A stretch of DNA of 43,729 nucleotides from NCBI GenBank assembly GCA_026025075.1, contig JAPEUI010000128.1, positions 1 to 43,729 of the forward strand, written 5' to 3'. A model generated the notes under the pieces. That model made no database searches and was not told the DNA's origin. It saw nothing but the letters and a program-made list of their open reading frames with translations. The translations under genes were made by a program, and so were the position numbers. This DNA comes from Vezdaea acicularis (taxonomy: Eukaryota). Shown piece by piece: positions 35,170 to 43,729 of this stretch (the stretch's first letter is position 1; every line of letters starts with the position of its first letter).

Positions 35170-37867
35170 TTATAGGAATTTCACGCGGAATAGATATCGG
35201 AGGCGTATCTGAGCGACGTCGTAGCAGATGTACTGTAACCGGCAGCCATTAGTCAGGACTTCTGAATGTTTATTTTCCCGGCGCGAATCGAACCAGGCGC
35301 AGAGACATACCTCGTTATGCATCAGACTGAGACCCTGGGCGGGGTTTTGAGAGATGGGATTATCTAAATCGGGCTAACGCAGAGAAGGGAGAGAGTTATT
35401 AAACCGCATCAAAGGCTTGTCAAAGCGACATACCATTTGAACACCCTTCAGCGCGGGATTGACACAGCTCGCGTCTTTCCAGGTCGGCGGGACCATCCTG
35501 CCCATACCGAGCGTCGCCAACTTATTCTCATTCCTTGCGACGCTCCCAGCATCATAATTGGCCTGCTTGAGCTCGAGCATGGGCTGGCCGAGCTCGGCCT
35601 CGCAGAGGAGGAGAAGGCCGGTGTTGCCGCTGGTGGAGGCCCAGCAGTACTGCGCGCTCTTGGAGGAGACGTCGGCGAGATAGATGCCCTTGCCGAACAT
35701 GTAGCCGGAGACGGGGGCTTCGGGGGGAGCGATGCGGAGGCCTTGGGAGAGGATGCCGCCGAAGTTGGTGCTGCGCGAGCCGTGCCAGAGGAGGCGGCGG
35801 TTGGAGCCGGTGGGAAGCTTGCTGTAGGTGGAGTCGGCGAAGCGCTGGAATTCGCCGGATCGCTCGATGCGGAAGATGTCTTGGGCTTCGTAGATGAAGC
35901 CGTGCGTGCCGCGGGACTTGGTGAGATAGTTCTCGAGCTCGGTGAACTCTGCTGTGTCCTTATTCACTGGGAAAGGTTAGTCATCTATCTATGTATCAAA
36001 GGTGATGTGGGCTGCGAGCGAGGAAACCAGCGAGGCATGGTTACTTACGAGGGGTCATCTCTTGCATTCCCAAGCCGTTATATTGGTGTTGCAAGGGGTG
36101 AATGAGTCTTCCATCGTTATCCCGGGGAAATTTGATGTTCATGATTGAATTGGCGATCTCCATGTCCGTCAGATTTTCGAGTAAGTCTGCCTCCTTTTTG
36201 ACCAGCTGTGCAGTATTAAGGATTTGTAATCGTCGTTGACCACGAGTAGCGTGAGGAACAATACTGTAGTACTGATCCGTAAGGTCGCCAATAGCCTATA
36301 GAGAACGGCTATTCAGTACAAGAGCGTATAGATGGAGCGATTGCGCCTCAAGTCGGATTCGAAGCTCACCTGAACGGAAGATTTTTGATATTTGGCTTGT
36401 GCCACCGACGGATCCTGGAGAACTTCGGCAAGATTCTTCAGAACTTCGTAGCCCTTCAAGAGTGTTCTCTTGCTCATTTTGCCAAGAGGCATCTTGTTGG
36501 CATCATAATTCTGTGCAGCTAAAGCCTGGTCGAAGTATCCGGAATTGAAGATGAAAGACATCAGCCTCTGTATTGACTCCGGAAGACTGCATTCTGGCTC
36601 GGGCTCATCTTCATCCTTCGCAGAAACGTTTTTCTTGGAAGTCTGCTTGTGTCCATCTTGCTCATCATCGGAATCATTTCCGTAATGACGCTCAAGGAAC
36701 GTGTAGGCATCCTTTTTCTTTGGTGTGCCATGCCGGTTTTCCCAGGTCAGTCCACTCTTATCCCTGAACTTGCTCTCAAACGCCTTAATTGCACTTGCAA
36801 GGTCGCCATTGCCGAGTTTCGCACTCTGTCCACTATTACCCACTCTACCCCATCTGGTCCACGTATAGAAAGCGGATCCGTCAGCCGCTTCAAGCACTTG
36901 AAGTCGATAGAATTTGTTGTTATTTGCCTGAATATGAGTCTGATTGAGGGTTGCATCATAAATCAATCCATCCTCATCAATATAAACTTTCTGAATTCCA
37001 GGGAGGTTGCAGCCCTCATCAATAGGTATTTTTAAGGATTCCAAAGTTGTCCGTTGGCCATCTTTAGCCTTCTTACTCGGAGGTTCCACATCGGCTGGTT
37101 TCGAGTCGCCGTTCTCTTCTTTCGTTTCCTCTGACCTCGCCCGTTTCTTGCCATTGGTCTTAGTTTCGTCTTTTTGAGGTGAAACTTTCGAAGTTGCACA
37201 GAGGTCGTACTCATTTTCTGGACATTTCTTCTTCTTCTCGATTGAGTCGAGCAACCAATCAAGTGAGACCAGATGAATACCAGAATAACCTTTTGCTTCC
37301 GTCACTGATTGTTAAAACCATCGTTAGAGTTCTTGTTAGAAGCTCGAGCTCAACGAGTGAATTGATTAGACAAATATGCAATCGAAATCGTACAAGTCAG
37401 CCCATCGAGAGACTTTAGTATATGTGTGACTAAATGGGACATCGCACAAGACGGCATGCACTGGCCTCGCGTAAAGCATGTGAAGTCTAAGAAGGTCATG
37501 ATTCCTGATGAAATCAGGAAAGGGTTTTGAATAGCCTAAGCTTCAAGAATGGCCGAGGCACGTGCAGGATATATCACAAACAGGATACCACACATTGAAC
37601 GTTTAGAGCTGGGAATTAAAGGAGATTTGAGGCAAATGAGAGGTTTGCCACGATTTTAAGAATCATGAGATAGTCTTGAGACTCACCTTTGGTACTTGGC
37701 TTTGCAACATCAGTTTCGGTAGTGACGAGATGAGTCGTCTGTGCAGTAACAGCTTTAGAGTGTACCGCGCCATTAGCCGCAATGAGAGAAGTGAGGTCTG
37801 TCTGCCTATGTCCCTTGAACGTGCCACTGAGCGCGACAGTGCAACCTTTCAAGGTTGCAGCCGGCAT
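35170..37867 (-). CDS. prpA: Poly(ADP-ribose) polymerase (BRCT-WGR-regulatory-catalytic; fungal PrpA type), 673 aa, 6 exons
   Basis: Exons 37867-37687, 37304-36370, 36295-36049, 35966-35434, 35373-35311, 35232-35170 (2022 nt). WTRWGRVG, PLGKMSK, LWHGSR, GYMFGKGIYLAD, and NE/YICYDVAQIRLRY; H-Y-E triad intact. Confidence 0.96.
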
Positions 37868-39024
37868 TATGCTAAGTTGAAGTACAAAGCAAGAATAAGA
37901 GCTCCGCGAAGTTTTTGAATATTATTTGACTTCGGAAGCACCGAGGAGCTGCGCCTATCATTCGGTTTTGTCGTCAGCCCTACAACTAGGCACCACCAGC
38001 CGCTGCCTAGAGCCTCGCTTCAAGGGTCTCGTGTTATTGCTCTCAACCTCACCTCAATTCCGAAAGTTTTAGAATTGAAACACTACGGGGATCTCCCAAA
38101 TTGCATGTCTAGGCTGTTTTTGTCCGACGGCTTTCACTTGCGCCAGGAGATTGCTCTGAAGGAAAGCCGCCCCCGAGGGTAGTTGCAAATCGCATGGTTG
38201 CTAAACCGCTTTGAGCATTCGCTGATAAAAGATTATTACAATCAATGCATCTGACAACGCCCCTGGCCTAGTGTACTCAAGATTCATAGCAGAACGAGTT
38301 GAATCGAATGCGGGATACTAAGAGCAATCTAAGTTTTGCACAACTGAGCTATGGAGCTGCAACCATCAAGATAGCTAATGACAAGATCTTCATGATTTGA
38401 CACATAGAGCAAATACAGAGCTGTTGCAGTCGCAGAATAACGCCCCTGAAGGCAAGCGGATTCTCGAGCGTGGTGACCTTCGCAATGGCGTTGATTGGCG
38501 AGGCCGCGTGGTGCGGTTGCCCAGCGATCTTGGCGCAAAGCCAAGTCTAAGTTTGGGCCATTTTGGGGGCTTAGCACTGGCAAGCGAACTTGAAATTGAA
38601 GCAAGTGGTCAGCGAACCGTAGTAACCTCGTTCCTAAGCCTTGTTAACCACATCATCTTCCCTGCAGCGGCAAACCCGAGAACTAGACTGTACGACTTAA
38701 CCAGCCACCGCTGGGGTACTCACAATAGAGAATACAGCGATCGTGGTACCTTTACAGCTGGCCCTGTGCGCGTCGCCTGGTGAATGCGGACGGCTCGGCG
38801 CAGAATCATCGACTTGTTGCCGCTTCCCAACTTAAGGAACTCAACGCTCACCTACCTTCTTCGCGACGTTGACGAGAGCGTCAAAGAGATAGTGCGATCG
38901 TAGGGTATAGAGAGCATCGATCTTGCCATCCTAGAGGACAGACTGCTTTCAAATTAGGCGGTTTGCTTGGGGCTCGTGGCATCGACGGGACTCTCCCAAA
39001 CCCCGCTTACTTCAAGCCGCCATC

Positions 39025-40915
39025 ATGGTGTCCTGGACAGTCTGCAATACTACGGCGGAGTACGAACATAGTGAGTGAAGCCATGCGAGTTATCGTTCTG
39101 ATGGCCATGGTATCTAATAGTATAGCAGTCAAGGAGGATCCGATACTCGGCTCACTTACCTTTCATACCATCGGCCTGATTCTTGCTGCAACTTTTGCCT
39201 TCATTGCCGTTGTCATATCGAATTGGCTTATCTTTATGCACGCAACCCATTACTCAAAACCATGGATTCAACGGCAGTATGTACTACACACAACTGTCGC
39301 TCTAAAGCTTAATACTAATCGAGAGGACAGCATCATCCGCATCCTTTTCATGATCCCTGTCTATGCCATTGTTTCCGTCCTCTCATACATGTTCTATCGG
39401 CACGCAATATACTTTCAAGTCTTACGAGATTGCTACGAAGCGTTTGCTATCGCAAGTTTCTTTACGCTGCTCTGCCATTACAAAGCAGAGAACCTCCACG
39501 ACCAGAAGGAATATTTCCGATCTATCACCCCTCGTGCATGGATATGGCCAGTCAACTGGTTCAAGAAATGTTGTGGGGGTGAAAGGGGGATATGGAGGAC
39601 ACCGAGAAGTGGCCTCACGTGGTTCAATGTTTGTGGAATTGCGCCGAATGATGAATGAGAAAACTCGCTAATCCTACATTCAGATTATTTGGGTCTTCGT
39701 CTTCCAATATTGCTTTATTCGCGTATTCTTCACCATTGTGTCGGTTGCTACGCAGGCCGCAGGCCGCTTTTGTGCGACTTCTCTAAGTCCTGCCTTTGCG
39801 CATATCTGGGTACGTTGCACCGGTGTTTGAAGTTATCTCCTTACCCCTTTTTGACATATTTACTAGGTTCAAACTTTTGAGGCGGCCGCAGTTACGCTTG
39901 CGATGTATTGCTTGATCCAGTTCTACATCCAATTGAGGGTTGGTCTCGCAGAGCATTCTCCGTTCTTGAAGATCCTGAGCATCAAGCTTGTGATCTTTTT
40001 ATCATTTTGGCAGACCGTGAGTGTGACATCAAAGTCGTAGAGGAGTTGTATATTGACTGTTCATAGCTTATCATTGATTTCCTCACTTCCTCCGCAGGGC
40101 CCCTCAAAGCATCGAAGACCATTGATTTGCCAGACTTTCAAGTAGGCTTCCCCTCAATGTTACTTTGCATCGAAATGGCTTTGTTTAGCGTCCTACATAT
40201 CTTTGCTTTCCCGTACAAGCCATTCTTAGTCACGGAATACCCGGTCAGGGGCGCCGAATGGAACGATCCGTCGATGCCGAAATATGTTGGTGGCCCGATG
40301 GGCATCAAAGCTTACATAGACGCATATAACCCTTGGGATATGATCAAGGCCGTTGGCAGGGCCGTGAAATGGCTCTTCGTTGGAATGAGAAACCGACATG
40401 GTGACTCCAGCTATAACAAGCACAACGCACCTGCTTACGGAGTTGGACTCGAACCTACAAATACCACTCACCTCCCACCACCGACATTTGGCGTCATCAG
40501 CCCGACCAGAAAAACGGGTTACCAGCACCTTAGCGGAGACGGAGACGAAGATGGCGAGGGGCTTCTAGAGCACGTACAGTCCACACCTCAGGGCAGCAAC
40601 AGCGCCTACAACTCGCGCAGGCCATCGCCTACTCGGCATGGCTTGCACGACGTTGGCGAAATGCCCGTACGCCCAGATGACCTTACAGCAACACACCCGA
40701 CACCCGGCAGCGTCAACCGCGGCCACCAGACAAGCGGGATCGTCCAAGCGCCCACCGAGCTAGACACTAGCTACCACGGTGCACAGACAGGCCCGGCAAT
40801 AATACCGCCTCCTACCGGCGCGAACCATCCGCAAGGCGGGGAGTGGAATATGTGGGCTGGCGGGACACTGCCCACTTCGGGACAGGGGCAGCCACCTGCG
40901 TACGATGGCAGGTGA
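39025..40915 (+). CDS. TMEM184/OSTalpha (DUF300) family multi-pass membrane protein, 538 aa, 6 exons
   Basis: Exons 39025-39070, 39129-39276, 39331-39628, 39684-39809, 39867-40016, 40067-40915 (1617 nt). IIRILFMIPVY, RDCYEAF, KILSIKLVIFLSFWQ, LLCIEMALF. Confidence 0.93.
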
Positions 40916-41859
40916 TGGGTGTTCTCAGCGACTGTTGATCGCAAGGCGTTCAGGCCTATGGGAGGCTGTTGGGTACATCAAGGCGTTGAGGAAGTCAGTT
41001 TACAAGCGGTTATGCTACTCGCTACACGAAGGGATTGTTGATAGGAACGGGCTACACGCTTTAAATAGTCTTGGTAACGCTTAGTGAGTATTCATACGAT
41101 GGATATCAATTGCTCCGGTTCCTTGTCTTTTTCTACTTGAAGCCACACCCATGTTGGACACATTGAGTAATGGAGCATAGGATGGTTAATCCTATGTGTC
41201 GAAATCCGAAACTCAGGCGAAAAGGTATACGCCGTGTGGCATCCAAGCTGGCGTACGATGGTCCATGTCAAAGTTCACATCGTTCTCGTGGAGATCGGAC
41301 CCCGCGCCGAGCCTGCATAGTCTTCAAACCAGACTTAAAACAAGTTCCTCAACACAATAATGAGACACATATACTCTTCTAACTTATACAATCAAGTCTA
41401 GTCGAAGGCAACCCCCAAAGACCAAACGTCTAAAGGTACCCCTTGATACGAACTTGGTGTCAAGATAATAACGTCATCTCTAATACTAAATACCGGATCT
41501 GAGCTTTTGTTCCCAGTCTTCAACCTAGATATAATTACGCTTCCCCTGTGGCCAGAGATTGGACTTATGTCTCTGAGTCAATTGTCTGCGTCAAATGCAG
41601 TGGGGCGGTGAGGGTTATAGTTCTAGAGGATGCATCTTGTTGTATGGACCTCGCGGAGGGATACGATGATCGCCTTTCGTCTAAACATCTCTCTTCTAGG
41701 AACGAAAAGCATGACACTGACCCTCATTCCATGCCCCGTCCGTCTACTAGTCACATGAGCTCCTCATTGGCTCCTGATGTGAAGCATTAGCTTAGGGTGT
41801 CTACTGCTAGCCAGGGGCTAGCCTTGCAAAGCAGAAAGGGAAGCCTAAGTCTAACGACG

Positions 41860-42920
41860 AATCTCAAAAGCGCACGTGGGTGTCATGCGGATGATCTCTT
41901 TCTCGTTGCAGTTTCATTGACGTCGTTGTCAGCCCTTGCGGTATTACACCACTGAAAGCATCATAAATCGAGACGAGGAAAGTCAAGGCTCACGTGGGTA
42001 TCATGCGGGATTGGCATTTTGCGTTGCATGCGCTAATGGAAACCAGTGCCTTTGAGGACCTGGCTACCTAGTAGCGCGGGGTAAAATGGGGTAAAACACA
42101 GAGCACTCTCTTGAGAATGCAATGCAAAAACCATTCTCTCACGTGCTTTATCCTTACAGTCACGTGCTGTAGAACTTTCCGCATCACGACCATCCTCTCA
42201 ACGAGCATGCGACTCCCCTGCGCGACCCCTGCGGCACGCATGCGATCCATACGAAGCGATGGACAAAATTGATGGCGCATACGCGAATAGTGGGCATGTT
42301 TACCCCATCAGCACGCGATTGATCATTCTTGGTGCGAGCTCGATAGTACTGCGCCTTTACTCATGTTGGACTAATATGCTCCGGGTTGTGCCCGCGGCCT
42401 GGTAGGGCCGTTTTGTGCCTTCGAGTGTGGATCATTTCAGCTATGGGGGAACCCCCGTTTAATGCGTCATCAATTTTGTGCACCGCTTCGATAATGCCCT
42501 CATCTTGACAGTCACTAATGCAACAAAGAAACCTCAACCCCACGTGCTCATCCCCCCTTATCACGTGAACCAGACTCTTCTCATCACGGCTATACTCATG
42601 ACGAGCATGGTGGCTCCCCTGCGTGAAACCTGCGATCCATTATGCCCCCCCATCTTGACCATTACTGACACAACACATAAACTTCAGCACCATGTGCCCA
42701 CTTACCTCAATCATGTTAGTCAGACTTTTTCCCGTTCCAACTATCCTGTGCACTTCCACACCTAAAAGCGGACAGGAAAGTGAAAGGTTACATGATGGTC
42801 ATGCAATATTGCATTTTTGCGTTGCAGGTAAGATTTTTGGCTTACGCTCGCGGGACGCCCTTGCCCCACCCCTATCCCCACAGCCGTATAGAGACGATAG
42901 GTCACGCTTAGTCACGTGAT
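41860..42920. repeat. Degenerate repeat array with seven CACGTG boxes
   Basis: CACGTG at 41873, 41991, 42140, 42161, 42541, 42562, 42913. Related units at ~42101-42250, ~42494-42640 and ~42641-42735 (CATCTTGAC at 42501 and 42651; ACGAGCATG at 42201 and 42601), plus a second repeat pair at 41873 and 41991. Confidence 0.8.
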
Positions 42921-43371
42921 ATGACGGTCTTGCGTCGCGGCCGCTTGAAGCCTCTCTGCGGTTTCCTTTTCAGTTTAGAGTTGAAGTAGCCAGGGACAGG
43001 GTTGCAGTATTCAAGAAGAGGTCGGTCTCGCTGTAGATAGTTCAAGTCATCTGATACCAAGGGAGCTATTGGATCATGCGTTGTGTAGAGATGCTCCCAA
43101 ATGATAGCTCAAGTTTCGGCTCGACTACAAGCTACGAACGGATTACACAAGCCCCCATGTAGGCAGCTCTCGAACCTTGCCCTGGATATAACAGCTTTCC
43201 ACATTACCTCCTACATTACCTTGAATCTCCTTCGCATCATATAATTACTCACAACCAAAATTTCGTTTTCACCCCCAAAACTGCATTCACTCCAACGCCT
43301 ACATCGATTACCTAGATCATCCACTTTATATACTTCATCCCTCGCCACCAATAATCAAGTCAAAACCCAAC

Positions 43372-43729
43372 ATGAATATCCTTCATTCAACCCTCTCTTC
43401 CTGGCGCGACCGCCTCGCCCCCCTTAGCCATACCAGCACCTTCCGCTCCACCGGTCAGATCACCCCCGAAGAATTCCTCCACGCCGGCGACTACCTCGTG
43501 TACAAATTCCCGACCTGGTCCTGGGCCGACGCCTCCTCCCCCGCCAAGCGCGTCACCTACCTTCCCCCAGGCAAACAATTCCTCGTCACCCGCGGCGTGC
43601 CCTGCCACCGCCGCCTCGACGACAACTTCGCCGGCGAAGCCGGCACCGATGAAGCGATGGTGCAGGACGGCTTCGCGCCCGGCGAAGGCGGCCGCTCCGA
43701 AGGCGACGACGGCTGGCTTAGGACTGGCG
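43372..43729 (+). CDS. ATG3: Autophagy E2-like enzyme Atg3, 5' part (runs off the window end)
   Basis: My own translation from the ATG at 43372: [51 protein letters not shown]...[14 protein letters not shown]. Not in the ORF track because it is truncated. Confidence 0.97.
   Translation, partial: MNILHSTLSSWRDRLAPLSHTSTFRSTGQITPEEFLHAGDYLVYKFPTWSWADASSPAKRVTYLPPGKQFLVTRGVPCHRRLDDNFAGEAGTDEAMVQDGFAPGEGGRSEGDDGWLRTG

Noticed and set aside
35283..35300. GGTTCGATTC B-box/T-loop-like motif on the minus strand
   Set aside because: Lies inside a PARP intron; no T-stem or cloverleaf, so not a tRNA.
19653..37867. KU70 and PARP as a DNA-repair gene cluster
   Set aside because: They are 13 kb apart with five unrelated genes between them; no evidence beyond coincidence.
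38397..38783. 128-aa ORF between PARP and the TMEM184 gene
   Set aside because: No ATG start and no motifs; lies in a divergent promoter/5'-UTR region.
42478..42765. ORF with a 50-aa internal repeat
   Set aside because: Non-ATG start; the repeat simply reflects the 150-bp DNA duplication.

Overview
Fungal nuclear DNA, most likely a filamentous ascomycete (Pezizomycotina), judged from short GT-AG introns with CTRAC branch points and the gene content. I rebuilt 13 complete genes by hand, all giving in-frame spliced CDS lengths, plus one truncated gene. In order: CutA/Cid1-family terminal nucleotidyltransferase (-); small Gly/Glu-tailed single-pass membrane protein (+); ~4-TM protein (+); conserved low-complexity hypothetical protein (+); squalene epoxidase ERG1 (-) head-to-head with KU70 (+); divergent secreted GH134-like protein (+); internal-repeat hypothetical protein (+); Ysc84/SYLF-domain protein (-); peroxisomal 2,4-dienoyl-CoA reductase (+); GPI-anchored S10 carboxypeptidase (+); PARP (-); TMEM184/OSTalpha-family protein (+); 5' end of ATG3 (+). 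The strongest leads are: (1) a ~390-nt nested stem-loop element just after KU70 with a TATA box upstream and a T8 tract downstream on the minus strand, a candidate unannotated structured ncRNA; (2) a PARP carrying His at the position of human PARP1 Y986, a substitution known to give hyper-branched poly(ADP-ribose); (3) a divergent GH134 with remodelled C-terminal motifs; (4) a degenerate repeat array with seven CACGTG boxes upstream of ATG3. All family assignments come from recalled motifs, not from database searches.
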